Source: an uncultured Planctomycetaceae bacterium
GTDB lineage: Bacteria > Planctomycetota > Phycisphaerae > SM23-33
Direction: 5' to 3'
Length of the DNA: 49,865 nucleotides
Assembly: GCA_964564285.1 (NCBI GenBank)
Contig: CAZMBZ010000002.1
Span: 1-49,865, forward strand
Made by a program: the position numbers and the translations under genes. A model generated the notes under the pieces. The model was not told the origin of the DNA, searched no databases, and was given only the letters and a program-made list of their open reading frames with translations. This document shows positions 29,656 through 39,500 of this stretch, piece by piece; the first letter of the stretch is position 1; every line of letters begins with the position of its first letter.

Positions 29656-30113
29656 GACGTGGCGAACGGGTAATCGCAGCAGTTTTAGTAGTATAAGTGT
29701 TACAACTTGGCGGCCGATTCCTGCTGGCCGCAAAAGGGATTTGACTGAATCGTTCGCGGAAGCAGATGGCGGTCGTGGCATTGTGGCCTCGATAGCCCAG
29801 GGCGGACGACCTCGGTGGCAGACTTTTCCGCCGGGGCTCAGAGAAGGCTGGGCAGATGTTGCGTTTCACACACGCAAAGTTTCTCAGCCGCATGAGATAA
29901 GGCAACCTGGCTGATCTGCAAAGAGCTCGCGCCGGCTCGGAAATACGCCGGAAGCGACCCAAAGATCGGTAACCGCTGAGGCCTCTCGGCGGCGTGAATG
30001 TTGTCCCCGAACTCAAACGGAATTGCCGTGCGCACAGCCCGTGTGGGCGATGCGTCTCATCTGCGGTCGGCTTTTCGCCGACAGCGAAATGCTTTTTGAT
30101 TCTTGCGCTTAAT

Positions 30114-32189
30114 ATGGCACCCGGCTTGGACAAAATCCGGAACATCGGCATCATGGCCCACATCGATGCCGGTAAGACCACCGTTACTGAGCGAATGCTG
30201 CACTTCGCCGGCCGAACGCATAAGATCGGCGAAGTCCATCATGGAACGGCGGTCATGGACTATCTTGCCGAAGAGCAGGAGCGCGGAATCACCATCACCT
30301 CGGCCGCGACGACTTTTCACTGGGCAAAGCACACCGTCAACCTCATCGACACGCCTGGGCACGTGGACTTCACCGTCGAGGTCGAGCGGAGCCTTCGGGT
30401 GCTTGACGGGGCGGTGGCGGTTTTCTGCGGGGTTGGTGGCGTCGAGGCCCAGACCGAGACGGTCTGGCATCAGGCGGATAACTACGGCGTGCCGAGGCTG
30501 TGTTTCGTCAACAAGATGGATCGGATCGGCGCGGACTTTGATATCGTCGTTCGCAAGATACGCGATCGTTTGGCGGCAAACCCCATCGTGATGCAAATTC
30601 CAATGGGTGCCGGAGATGACTTCGTCGGACAGATCGACCTTCTCAAGCGCAAGGCATATTTCTACGATCCGGACGAAATCGCCACGAAACTTCGCGTCGG
30701 GCCGATCCCGGCCGAGTACGAAGATGAGGCGGAACTCCGCCGCCACGAGTTGATCGAGAAGGCCGTCGAGTACGATGACGACCTGATGGCGAAGTTTATA
30801 GATGACGAGCCCATCGAGGTCGACGAGGTCTTGCGAGCTTTGCGGATCGGCACGATTGCCAGCAAGTGCCAGCCGGTTTTCTGCGGCACGGCGCTGCGTC
30901 ACATGGGCATAAGGCCTCTGTTGGATGCGGTGGTGCGTCTGCTTCCCAGCCCGCTGGACGTCCCGCCTGTCGAGGGCCACGAGTCGCTGAATAGCGAGAA
31001 GATCATCCGCCGCCACGCGGACCCGGACGAGCCGTTCTCTGCCCTGGTGTTCAAGATTGCCTCGGACCAGCATGGCGGGCTCAGTTTCATCCGCGTCTAT
31101 AGCGGAACGCTCTTGCCCGGCACGCGGGTTCTCAACAGCACGCAGAACGCAAAAGAGAACATCACGCGATTGTGGGAGATGCACGCCAAGCAGCGAATCC
31201 GGCGCGACGAGGCCAGGCCGGGCGACATCCTGGCCGTGGTGGGTCTCAAGCACGCGCTGACGGGCGACACTCTGTGCGACAGCCGGCACCCGGTTGTGCT
31301 GGAACGTTTGGAGTTTCCCGAGCCGGTCATCACCATGTCCATCGAGCCGCGCACCAACGCGGAAAAGCAGCGAATGGTCGAGGCGCTCAATACTTTGCGG
31401 CGCGAGGACCCCACGTTTTTATACAATTATATTCCCGAGACGGGCCAGACCACCATTAGTGGCATGGGTGAACTTCACCTGGAGATTATTCACCATAAGC
31501 TAACGCGGGACTTGGGTTTGGATGTTCGCGTCGGCAAGCCTTCGGTAGCCTACAAGGAAACCGTTCTTGGCGGAGCCGAGACTGAGGGCCGATTTATCCG
31601 ACAGACGGGCGGGCACGGGCAGTTTGCCGTTGTAAAACTTCGTCTGGAGTCGTACACTCCGCCTGCCGGGGGCGAACCGGTCGTCTTTGAGGACCAGACC
31701 ACCGGCGGGGTGATCCCAAAGGAGTTCGTCGCGGCCGTGCGCGAGGGCGTGCATGATGCGGCGACTTCGGGTCCGCTGGCGGGCTACCCGATGTTGAATA
31801 TTCGCGTGACGCTGCTGGACGGCGAAACCCACCCGGTTGACAGCTCGGCGGTTGCATTCCAGCAGGCGGCGGCGATGGCGTTTAGAACTGCCGCAGAGAA
31901 GGCCCACCCGGTCTTCCTTGAGCCGATCATGTGTTTGCAGGTGACGGTCCCGGAGGAGTTTCTCGGGGCGGTCACGGGCGATTTGAATAGTCGCCGAGCG
32001 GAAATTCGTGAGATGGAACAGCGCGGCGTCTTTCGCGTGCTCTTCGCGGACGCTCCGCTGGCGGAAATGTTCGGTTATTCGACCAAGTTGCGGTCTTTAA
32101 CGCAGGGCCGTGGCACCAGCACGATGGAGCCGCAGGCGTACGCGGCCGTGCCGGCGCAGGTCGCCGAGAGCATTTTAAAGTATTATTGA
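30114..32189 (+). CDS. fusA: Elongation factor G (somewhat divergent copy)
   Basis: Start refined to ATG 30114; the upstream 40 codons of ORF 29994 have no EF-G similarity. Contains [53 protein letters not shown] and [10 protein letters not shown]. No obvious SD. Confidence 0.93.
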   Translation: [691 protein letters not shown]

Positions 32190-32242
32190 TGGGCGTTTTT
32201 GCAGGACTTTTGGGAAAAGTTAAGAAAATATTGGTCAGAGGA

Positions 32243-32270
32243 TTGACAGCCTCATAAAAATCCGTATGTT
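32243..32270 (+). promoter_or_regulatory. Candidate promoter for the S10 operon
   Basis: TTGACA (32243-32248), 16-nt spacer, TATGTT (32265-32270). Followed by a leader hairpin ACTCGG/CCGAGT upstream of rpsJ. Confidence 0.35.
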
Positions 32271-32335
32271 AAAGCGACTCGGCGCAACCGAGTGACGTTA
32301 GCGTAATTACCGGAACCCGACTGGAGAGTGTCTCC

Positions 32336-32644
32336 ATGGTGCAGGACAAGATAAGAATCAGAATGGAAGCCTACGATCATCGGGCTCTCGATTCCTCGGC
32401 GAAGGAGATTGTTGACCACGCCGAGCGGACCGGAGCTCGCGTTCGTGGACCGATCCCGCTTCCCACACGGATCGAGCGATATACGGTTCTTCGAAGCCCG
32501 TTTGTTTACAAGAAGTCCCGCGAGCAGTTTGAGATGCGGACGCACAAACGGATCATTGACATCTACGAGCCGACCGTTCGTACGATCGAGGCGTTGAACC
32601 GCCTGATCGTCCCGGCTGGCGTGTTCATTAAGATCAAGGCCTAG
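32336..32644 (+). CDS. rpsJ: 30S ribosomal protein S10
   Basis: [39 protein letters not shown] is canonical uS10. Confidence 0.97.
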   Translation: MVQDKIRIRMEAYDHRALDSSAKEIVDHAERTGARVRGPIPLPTRIERYTVLRSPFVYKKSREQFEMRTHKRIIDIYEPTVRTIEALNRLIVPAGVFIKIKA

Positions 32645-32653
32645 GGTGTGATT

Positions 32654-33313
32654 ATGCAGCCTACTATTCTGGGCAAGAAAATCGGGATGACGCAGGTCTA
32701 CGACGACAACGGGAAATTGCACCCCGTGACGGTCGTACAGGCCGGCCCATGCAGCGTCCTTCAGGTCAAGAACGCCGAGACCGATGGTTACGAAGCCGTG
32801 CAGATCGGCTTTGGCGACGTCAAGCCCCACCGAGCGGCCAAGCCGCAGATCGGGCATGCCGCGAAGGCACAGTGCGGCCCGAAGAAGTTCGTTCGGGAGG
32901 TCCGCCTGACCGAAGCTGCTGACGGCGTCGAGCCGGGGCAGGAAATCACGGTCGAGGCCTTCGACGGCGTGGCTTTCGTGGACGTGACGGGCATGACCAA
33001 GGGCTTTGGCTTCCAGGGCGGCATGAAGCGTTACGGCTTTAAGGGCCAGTTGGCTTCGCACGGTGTGGAACGCAAGCACCGCAGCCCCGGATCGATTTCG
33101 TCTCACGGCACCAACCTCGGTACCGGCCCGAAGCCCAAAAAGGGCAAGCGTATGGCCGGGCACATGGGCGCGGTAAGCCGGACCACCCGCAATCACCGCC
33201 TCATTGGCGTTGACAAGGAAAACAGTCTTCTGTTGATCAAGGGCTCGGTGCCCGGAGCAAACGGCGGGTTCGTTTACATTCGCAAGAGCAAGACGGCCAA
33301 GGCCGGCGCATAG
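32654..33313 (+). CDS. rplC: 50S ribosomal protein L3
   Basis: Start refined to ATG 32654. ILGKKIGMTQVYDDNG and FQGGMKRYGFKG are uL3 motifs. Confidence 0.96.
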   Translation: MQPTILGKKIGMTQVYDDNGKLHPVTVVQAGPCSVLQVKNAETDGYEAVQIGFGDVKPHRAAKPQIGHAAKAQCGPKKFVREVRLTEAADGVEPGQEITVEAFDGVAFVDVTGMTKGFGFQGGMKRYGFKGQLASHGVERKHRSPGSISSHGTNLGTGPKPKKGKRMAGHMGAVSRTTRNHRLIGVDKENSLLLIKGSVPGANGGFVYIRKSKTAKAGA

Positions 33314-33321
33314 CCCACGGG

Positions 33322-33957
33322 ATGGCAACCATGTTGGAAGTTCCAGTATACGACATTCAGGGCAAGCAGGTAGACACGCTTGAAGTCGATGAAAATGACT
33401 TCGGCGGCTATGTCAACGAGGACCTGCTCAAGCAAGCTGTTGTGGCCTACCATGCCAACAAGCGGCAGGGCTCGGCATCTACGCTTACCCGAGGTATGGT
33501 CTCCGGCACGACCGCCAAGGCCTTCAAGCAGAAGGGTACCGGCCGAGCCAGGCGAGGCGACATGAAGACGCCTATTCTTCGTGGCGGCGGAAACGCTTTC
33601 GCCAAGAGTCCGCGTGATTTCCGCAAGAAAATGCCCCGCAAGATGAGGCAGAAGGCTCTTCAGTCGGCCATCCTTGCTAAGATGCTCGGGCAGGATCTTA
33701 TAGTGCTTCAGGGCCTGTCGATCACCGAACCCAAGACCAAGGCTCTGGTTGGCATTCTCAAGAACCTCAAGGTCAACCGCAAATGCCTGCTGGCCCTGGC
33801 CGACCGCGACTCGAACGTTCACCTTAGCTCGCGTAACATCGCGGACCTCACGGTGCGTACTGCTGGGGAACTCAACGCGTTTGACGTAGCGACCCGCCAG
33901 AAGATGATCGTCACCAGCGAGGCTATGACAGCCCTATGCGGCAAGGAGGCTGAGTGA
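33322..33957 (+). CDS. rplD: 50S ribosomal protein L4
   Basis: AFKQKGTGRARRGDMKTPILRGGGNAF is the uL4 signature. Confidence 0.96.
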   Translation: MATMLEVPVYDIQGKQVDTLEVDENDFGGYVNEDLLKQAVVAYHANKRQGSASTLTRGMVSGTTAKAFKQKGTGRARRGDMKTPILRGGGNAFAKSPRDFRKKMPRKMRQKALQSAILAKMLGQDLIVLQGLSITEPKTKALVGILKNLKVNRKCLLALADRDSNVHLSSRNIADLTVRTAGELNAFDVATRQKMIVTSEAMTALCGKEAE

Positions 33958-34247
33958 TGAAGAAAGACAACACCTACAGCATTATTATCAAGCCGCTGGT
34001 GACCGAGAAGGGCACGCACCAGTCGCAGGCTTTAAACGCATACTCGTTCGAGGTGGCGACTTGGGCCAACAAGACCCAGATTAAGCAGGCCGTCGAGAAC
34101 ATCTACGACGTAAAGGTCCTCGGGGTACGGACGTCAACTCGTCACGGTAAGCCCCGTCGGACACGTATTAACAGCATGAGTGCGACCAAGCACTGGAAAA
34201 AGGCAGTGGTGGTTCTTCACGACGACTACCATATCGACCTGTTCTAG
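33957..34247 (+). CDS. rplW: 50S ribosomal protein L23
   Basis: [48 protein letters not shown] 33957 follows AAGGAGG at 33942-33948 (GTG 33954 is also possible). Overlaps the rplD stop. Confidence 0.94.
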   Translation: MKKDNTYSIIIKPLVTEKGTHQSQALNAYSFEVATWANKTQIKQAVENIYDVKVLGVRTSTRHGKPRRTRINSMSATKHWKKAVVVLHDDYHIDLF

Positions 34248-34267
34248 CCAACCGCGGGATAAGCAAG

Positions 34268-35122
34268 ATGGCAATTAAGACATACAAGCGGACATCTGCG
34301 GGCCGGCGAAACAGCTCGGTCAATACGCACGAAGAAGTCACCGCGAAAAAGCCGGAGAAGTCGCTGCTGCGTCCGCTCAAGAAGCACGGCGGGCGAAACT
34401 TCAGCGGCAAGATCACCTGCCGACACAAGGGCGGTGGCAACAAGAGGCACTATCGCCTTATCGACTTCAAACGCAACAAAGACGACCAGGCTGCCGAGGT
34501 CATGACGATCGAGTACGACCCGAATCGCACGTGCCATATAGCGTTGGTGCAGTACGAAGATGGCGAGAAGCGATACATGCTCGCGCCTCAGGGTCTGGAG
34601 GTCGGCACGAAGGTTTCTTCCGGCGACGAAGGCGTCGAGCCGCGAGTGGGCAACTGTATGCCGCTTTCGAAGATTCCGTCGGGCATGGAAGTCCACAATA
34701 TCGAGATGATGCCCGGTCAGGGCGGCAAGATGGTACGCACGGCTGGAGCATCAGCTCGTTTGGCGGCGAAGGATAGTGGGATGGCCCACCTGATTTTGCC
34801 TTCGGGCGAGACTCGTATGGTTAATGCAAAGTGCCGCGCGACGATAGGGCGGGTAGGCAACTCGCTGCATCAGGGCGTTCGCATCGGCAAGGCTGGACGA
34901 AAGCGTCACATGGGCATCAGGCCGACGGTCCGAGGTTCGGCGATGAACCCGGTCGCCCACCCGATGGGTGGTGGCGAAGGACGACGTAGTGGCGGGCGTC
35001 ACCCCACGAGCCCGACCGGCAAGCTGTCCAAGGGCGGCAAGACGCGTGCGCGTCGCAAGGCATCGAATAAGCTTATATTGCGGCGCCGCAAAAATGGTCG
35101 CGGGCGGCAACTGGTTCTGTAA
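34268..35122 (+). CDS. rplB: 50S ribosomal protein L2
   Basis: [29 protein letters not shown] and [17 protein letters not shown]. Confidence 0.98.
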   Translation: MAIKTYKRTSAGRRNSSVNTHEEVTAKKPEKSLLRPLKKHGGRNFSGKITCRHKGGGNKRHYRLIDFKRNKDDQAAEVMTIEYDPNRTCHIALVQYEDGEKRYMLAPQGLEVGTKVSSGDEGVEPRVGNCMPLSKIPSGMEVHNIEMMPGQGGKMVRTAGASARLAAKDSGMAHLILPSGETRMVNAKCRATIGRVGNSLHQGVRIGKAGRKRHMGIRPTVRGSAMNPVAHPMGGGEGRRSGGRHPTSPTGKLSKGGKTRARRKASNKLILRRRKNGRGRQLVL

Positions 35123-35140
35123 GGCAGGAGCGAGCAAGCA

Positions 35141-35410
35141 ATGACTCGTAGCGCAAAAAAAGGTCCGTTCGTAAACGAGAAGCTCTACAGGAAGGTTCAA
35201 CTGGCCGAGCAGCTTGGCCGGCGCGAGCCGATTAAGACCTGGGCGAGAGCTTGCACGATCGTGCCGGAATTTATCGGGTGCAACTTTATGGTGCACAACG
35301 GCAAGGTTTTCCACAAGGTTTTCGTCACCGAGGACATGGTGGGGCACAAGCTGGGCGAGTTCAGCCCCACGCGAATGTTCCGCGGTCACAGTGGCGGTAA
35401 GCGACGCTAG
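35141..35410 (+). CDS. rpsS: 30S ribosomal protein S19
   Basis: [15 protein letters not shown]... and [18 protein letters not shown]. Confidence 0.97.
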   Translation: MTRSAKKGPFVNEKLYRKVQLAEQLGRREPIKTWARACTIVPEFIGCNFMVHNGKVFHKVFVTEDMVGHKLGEFSPTRMFRGHSGGKRR

Positions 35411-35456
35411 GTAGGCGTCCGCCGGGCTTTTGCAAAGGACAATGGAGCAGCAGGCG

Positions 35457-35792
35457 ATGGCTTGGATTGCAAAACATAAATACGCCCGTATCAGTGCCCG
35501 TAAAGTACGGCTGATTGCGGATTTGATTCGCGGCAGGGATGTTCAGGACGCGCTTAATATCCTGAAGTTCACGCCAAATCGTGCGGCGGTAATGGTCTCG
35601 AAGGTCCTTAACAGCGCGATTGCCAACGCCAACGAAGCGGAGGCCGATGTCGAGAGCCTTTTCGTTGACCGGGCCTTCGTGGACGAGGGTCCGACCATCA
35701 AGCGATGGCAGCCCAAAGATCGCGGCAGGGCTAACCCGATCATGAAGCGGACTAGCCACATTACCGTGGTGGTTGAACAGGAAGCCGAGTAG
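35457..35792 (+). CDS. rplV: 50S ribosomal protein L22
   Basis: Start refined to ATG 35457. [26 protein letters not shown] aligns residue for residue with the E. coli uL22 N-terminus, and RTSHITVVV is at the C-terminus. Confidence 0.95.
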   Translation: MAWIAKHKYARISARKVRLIADLIRGRDVQDALNILKFTPNRAAVMVSKVLNSAIANANEAEADVESLFVDRAFVDEGPTIKRWQPKDRGRANPIMKRTSHITVVVEQEAE

Positions 35793-35824
35793 CCAGTCAA
35801 AAAAAGCACAGTAGCGAGGCAGTT

Positions 35825-36577
35825 ATGGGTCAGAAAGTATCGCCAATCGGGTTTAGGACGGGAATCACACTTGGCTGGAAGAGCCGGTGGTTCGCTCCGA
35901 AGAGCAACTTCGGTGAGTTCCTCGTCGAGGACGCCAAGATCCGCAAATTTGTGGACGGCAAGCTTAACCGCCAGCCTCCATACGCGGCGGTCAGCGAGAT
36001 TCAGATCGAGCGGACCCGCGAAGAGGTAAAGGTGTTCCTGAAGACGGCCCGTCCGGGCTTGGTCATCGGCCCAAAGGGAGCGGAAGTTGACAAACTTCGT
36101 GGCTACCTTGAGGACCTGACCAACCGGCGTGTTAACATAAACATCATCGAGATCAAGAACCCCGACCTTGACGCACAGTTGGTGGCTGAGGGCATCGGTG
36201 AGCAACTCAAGCGGCGGACCAGTTTCCGTCGCGCCATGAAGATGCGGCTTCAGACCACGATGCAGGCTGGTGCCCGCGGCGTGAAGATAACCGTTTCAGG
36301 CCGGCTTGGCGGGGCGGAGATGAGCCGCACCGAGACGCAGCTTACCGGTTCGATTCCTCTTCACACGCTCGATGCCGACGTGGACTACGGCTTCACACCG
36401 TGTGTAACCACATACGGCACGATCGGCGTTAAGGTTTGGATTTATCGCGGAAAGTTTGGCCAGGAGTTGCTTGCCCCCAAGCCAGACTCGCGTGGCGGAC
36501 CCAGGGGCCGGCGCGGTCCAGGCCGCGGGTTCGGCGGTTCAGGTGGGCGTCGTGGCCCTGGTGGCGGTGGCAGATAG
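35825..36577 (+). CDS. rpsC: 30S ribosomal protein S3 with Gly/Arg-rich C-terminal tail
   Basis: MGQKVSPIGFRTGITLGWKSRWF, the KH-domain segment GLVIGPKGAEV, and GRLGGAEMSR. Confidence 0.97.
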   Translation: MGQKVSPIGFRTGITLGWKSRWFAPKSNFGEFLVEDAKIRKFVDGKLNRQPPYAAVSEIQIERTREEVKVFLKTARPGLVIGPKGAEVDKLRGYLEDLTNRRVNINIIEIKNPDLDAQLVAEGIGEQLKRRTSFRRAMKMRLQTTMQAGARGVKITVSGRLGGAEMSRTETQLTGSIPLHTLDADVDYGFTPCVTTYGTIGVKVWIYRGKFGQELLAPKPDSRGGPRGRRGPGRGFGGSGGRRGPGGGGR

Positions 36578-36625
36578 TAATAGACGATATCGGCAATAGG
36601 TAAGAGATAGATAGTAGGTGCCATT

Positions 36626-37045
36626 ATGGCGATGATGCCCAAAAGAATTAAGCATCGCAAGCAGATGCGAGGCAAGATGCGAGGCAACGCGACTCGTGGT
36701 AACACGGTTGCCTTCGGGGACTTTGGTCTCCAGACGAAGGATGCGGGCTGGGTTACCGGGCGGCAGTTGGAGGCCGGGCGTATCGCGGCGACGCACTATC
36801 TGCACCGTGAAGGCCGAGTTTATATTCGCGTTTTCCCGGACAAGCCCATCAGTTCGAAGCCTCTGGAAACGCGGATGGGCAAGGGCAAAGGCGAGCCGGA
36901 AGCTTGGGTTGCAGTTGTCAAGCCAGGCACGGTTCTCTTTGAGATCGGTGGCGTGGACGAAGAGACGGCCAAGGGTGCCTTGCGTCGGATCGCTGCGAAG
37001 ATGCCGGTTCGTGTTCGTATGGCTTACCGTCGTCACGGGATGTGA
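36626..37045 (+). CDS. rplP: 50S ribosomal protein L16
   Basis: [21 protein letters not shown] and [19 protein letters not shown]. Confidence 0.97.
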   Translation: MAMMPKRIKHRKQMRGKMRGNATRGNTVAFGDFGLQTKDAGWVTGRQLEAGRIAATHYLHREGRVYIRVFPDKPISSKPLETRMGKGKGEPEAWVAVVKPGTVLFEIGGVDEETAKGALRRIAAKMPVRVRMAYRRHGM

Positions 37046-37056
37046 GGAACGTATCG

Positions 37057-37263
37057 ATGAAGGTCAAAGAAATTCGCCAGTTTAGTGACGAGGAGCTTGG
37101 GACGGAACTTGCACGAGTCCGTCGGCACCTTTTCGATGTTCGTACCCAGGCTGTGACAGAGAAGTTGGAAGACCCCAGCATGCTCACGAAGGCCAAGAAG
37201 GATATCGCCATTATCCTGACGGTCATTCGGGAGCGCCAACTCGCCAGCCAGGCCAAGAGCTAA
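37057..37263 (+). CDS. rpmC: 50S ribosomal protein L29
   Basis: Start refined to ATG 37057 (GAGGAA at 37044-37049). MKVKEIRQFSDEELGTELARVRRHLFDVR parallels the E. coli uL29 N-terminus. Confidence 0.93.
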   Translation: MKVKEIRQFSDEELGTELARVRRHLFDVRTQAVTEKLEDPSMLTKAKKDIAIILTVIRERQLASQAKS

Positions 37264-37275
37264 CGGGACAGATTG

Positions 37276-37578
37276 ATGGCAGAACAAGAAACCAAAACTA
37301 GCGATAAGAAGCAGATTAAGACAGGTTGCGTTGCGTCGGTCAAGGGCGACAAGACGATCCGGGTCTTGATCAGCAAGATGGTAAAGCACCGAATTTACGG
37401 TAAGTACCTTCGGAAGGCGACGAAGGTTGCCGTCCACGATCCGCAGAACGACGCGAAGGTTGGTGACACAGTGGACATCGCCACGTGCCGACGGATGAGC
37501 AAGACCAAGAGTTGGCGCTTGCTACGTATCGTCCGTCGCGGTGATTCGCCGATGGCCTCTGGCGAGAAAGAGGTATAG
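37276..37578 (+). CDS. rpsQ: 30S ribosomal protein S17
   Basis: [39 protein letters not shown] and SKTKSWRL. Starts at ATG 37276 (TTG 37273 is also open). Confidence 0.95.
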   Translation: MAEQETKTSDKKQIKTGCVASVKGDKTIRVLISKMVKHRIYGKYLRKATKVAVHDPQNDAKVGDTVDIATCRRMSKTKSWRLLRIVRRGDSPMASGEKEV

Positions 37579-37582
37579 ATCC

Positions 37583-37969
37583 GTGATTCAGCAAGAAACA
37601 CGCATGGCAGTAGCCGACAACACGGGTGCCCGTATCGTCTACTGCATCAGGGTTCTGGGCGGTTCGACGCGACGTGGCGGTTACACGCGGCGTACGGCCT
37701 CTCTAGGTGACATTATCGTCTGCTCGGTGAAGAAGGCCCAGCCTGGCGGAGAAGTCAAGAGCGGCGACATCGTCAAGTGCGTCGTCGTACGAACGGCTCA
37801 TGCGGTTCGGCGAGCTGACGGAAGTTACGTGAAGTTCGACAAGAACGCAGCCGTGCTACTTGACGCCAACAACAACCCTCGCGGGACTCGCATTTTTGGT
37901 GCGGTGGCTCGCGAGTTGCGAGAGAAGAACTTCATGAAGATAGTCTCTCTTGCGTCTGAGGTGGTGTGA
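37583..37969 (+). CDS. rplN: 50S ribosomal protein L14
   Basis: GTG start at 37583 gives (M)[16 protein letters not shown], the canonical uL14 N-terminus. GAGAAAGAGG lies upstream. Confidence 0.96.
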   Translation: MIQQETRMAVADNTGARIVYCIRVLGGSTRRGGYTRRTASLGDIIVCSVKKAQPGGEVKSGDIVKCVVVRTAHAVRRADGSYVKFDKNAAVLLDANNNPRGTRIFGAVARELREKNFMKIVSLASEVV

Positions 37970-37971
37970 TT

Positions 37972-38310
37972 ATGGCAATGCATGTGAAGAAGGGCGATAC
38001 GGTGGTTGTGATCGCCGGCGACGATAAGGGCAAGACCGGCGAGATTATTCGCGTTGATGGAGCCAAGGGCAAGGTACTTGTCCAAGGAATCAACCGCGTT
38101 TACCGGCACCTTCGTCCGAGCCGACAGCATCCTCAGGGCGGTCGGATCCAGAAGGAGATGCCGATAGACATCTCGAATGTTCTGCCCGTGGATCCAAAGA
38201 CGAATCAGCCGACGCGGGTTGGTTTCCGCATGAGTTCGGACGGCGCCAAGCAGCGCTACGCCAAGAAGAGCGGCGAAACGCTCGGGACTGTCAGGAAGAC
38301 AAGAAATTAA
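37972..38310 (+). CDS. rplX: 50S ribosomal protein L24
   Basis: MAMHVKKGDTVVVIAGDDKGKTGEI (KOW motif). Confidence 0.95.
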   Translation: MAMHVKKGDTVVVIAGDDKGKTGEIIRVDGAKGKVLVQGINRVYRHLRPSRQHPQGGRIQKEMPIDISNVLPVDPKTNQPTRVGFRMSSDGAKQRYAKKSGETLGTVRKTRN

Positions 38311-38320
38311 GGTGCAGTCA

Positions 38321-38866
38321 ATGTCGGCACGCCTGCAGGAAAAATACAAGACAGAGATATCGGCGGCCTTGGTGTCGCGGTTTGGTTACACGAACCCGAC
38401 GTCTGTGCCGAAACTAGGCAAGATTGTCATTTCGATGGGCATCGGTGATGCTCACACGAACAAGGCACGCCTAGAGATGGCCTTCAAGCAGTTGACGCAG
38501 ATCGCTGGCCAAAAGCCGGTGATCACCAAGGCTCGTAAGTCCATCAGTAACTTCAAGCTTCGCGAGGACTACCCCGTCGGGGTGAAAGTAACGCTTCGCG
38601 GCACGCGGATGTGGGAGTTTCTGGACCGGCTGATCAGCCTGGCCATTCCGCGGGTGAAGGACTTCCGCGGATTGAACCCGGCGGGTTTCGATGGACGTGG
38701 TAACTACAACATGGGCTTGGTCGAGCAGAGTGTGTTCCCGGAAATCGATCCGGCGAGGCTGACGGCCAACCAAGGCATGAACATTGCGATGCAGACCTCA
38801 GCCGATACGGACGAAGAGGCCAGGGAACTGCTCAGTGGGCTGGGCATGCCTTTCCGCAAGAACTAA
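38321..38866 (+). CDS. rplE: 50S ribosomal protein L5
   Basis: Start refined to ATG 38321. Contains [29 protein letters not shown] and [20 protein letters not shown]. Confidence 0.96.
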   Translation: MSARLQEKYKTEISAALVSRFGYTNPTSVPKLGKIVISMGIGDAHTNKARLEMAFKQLTQIAGQKPVITKARKSISNFKLREDYPVGVKVTLRGTRMWEFLDRLISLAIPRVKDFRGLNPAGFDGRGNYNMGLVEQSVFPEIDPARLTANQGMNIAMQTSADTDEEARELLSGLGMPFRKN

Positions 38867-38883
38867 CAGAAGGTGCTTCAGGT

Positions 38884-39069
38884 ATGGCAACCAAGGCGCA
38901 AGTAGCAAAATCGATAAGAAAGCCGAAGTTCTCGACGAGAATCATCCGGCGATGCCAGCTCTGCGGTCGTCCGCGGAGTGTTTACAAGAAATTTCGCATT
39001 TGCCGTATCTGTCTCCGGACGCTGGCGAACGAAGGCAAGGTTCCAGGGATGAAGAAGGCAAGCTGGTAA
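38884..39069 (+). CDS. rpsN: 30S ribosomal protein S14, type Z (zinc-binding, 61 aa)
   Basis: [23 protein letters not shown] has CxxC...CxxC. The short form ends in ASW. Confidence 0.95.
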   Translation: MATKAQVAKSIRKPKFSTRIIRRCQLCGRPRSVYKKFRICRICLRTLANEGKVPGMKKASW

Positions 39070-39086
39070 CTAAGGAAGCAAAGACT

Positions 39087-39485
39087 ATGAGTCTGTCAGA
39101 CCCTATCGCCGACATGTTGACCCGGATCCGCAACGCATATCGTGCGCGGCGGGAAACGGTAAATATCAGGGCGTCGAAGATCTGTGAAGGCATCGGTCAG
39201 GTGCTGAAAGCAGAAGGCTATATAAACGACTACGACCGCATCGACGATGGCAAGCAGGGAATCCTTCGGGTGAATCTGAAGTATGGCCCTCGCGGCGAGA
39301 TGGTCCTGGTCGAGATTAAGAGAGTCAGCACGCCGGGCCGGCGGGTGTATAGCGGCATGGAAGGCCTGCCCCGGCCGCTGAACGGAATGGGTATCTCGAT
39401 TATTTCGACGTCGTTGGGCGTCATGAGTGATCGGCAATGCCGCCAAGAGAACGTCGGCGGCGAAGTCCTCTGCATCGTCAGCTAA
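39087..39485 (+). CDS. rpsH: 30S ribosomal protein S8
   Basis: Start refined to ATG 39087 (AAGGAAG at 39072-39078) inside the over-long ORF 38784..39485. MSLSDPIADMLTRIRNA is the canonical uS8 N-terminus. Confidence 0.96.
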   Translation: MSLSDPIADMLTRIRNAYRARRETVNIRASKICEGIGQVLKAEGYINDYDRIDDGKQGILRVNLKYGPRGEMVLVEIKRVSTPGRRVYSGMEGLPRPLNGMGISIISTSLGVMSDRQCRQENVGGEVLCIVS

Positions 39486-39500
39486 AGCGGAACTATCTAA

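Noticed and set aside
29994-30113. A 40-codon N-terminal extension of the fusA ORF (MNVVPELKRNCRAHSPCGRC...), and ORF 29636..29914 in the same gap.
   Set aside because: EF-G homology starts at [23 protein letters not shown], about 9 residues before the G1 motif as in other EF-Gs. The upstream residues and the 92-aa ORF are Arg/Ser/Cys-rich with no similarity I recognise.
38784-39086. The long N-terminal part of ORF 38784..39485, which overlaps the rplE 3' end and all of rpsN in another frame.
   Set aside because: uS8 begins at MSLSDPIADMLTRIRNA (ATG 39087, with an RBS). The upstream part overlaps two bona fide ribosomal protein genes.
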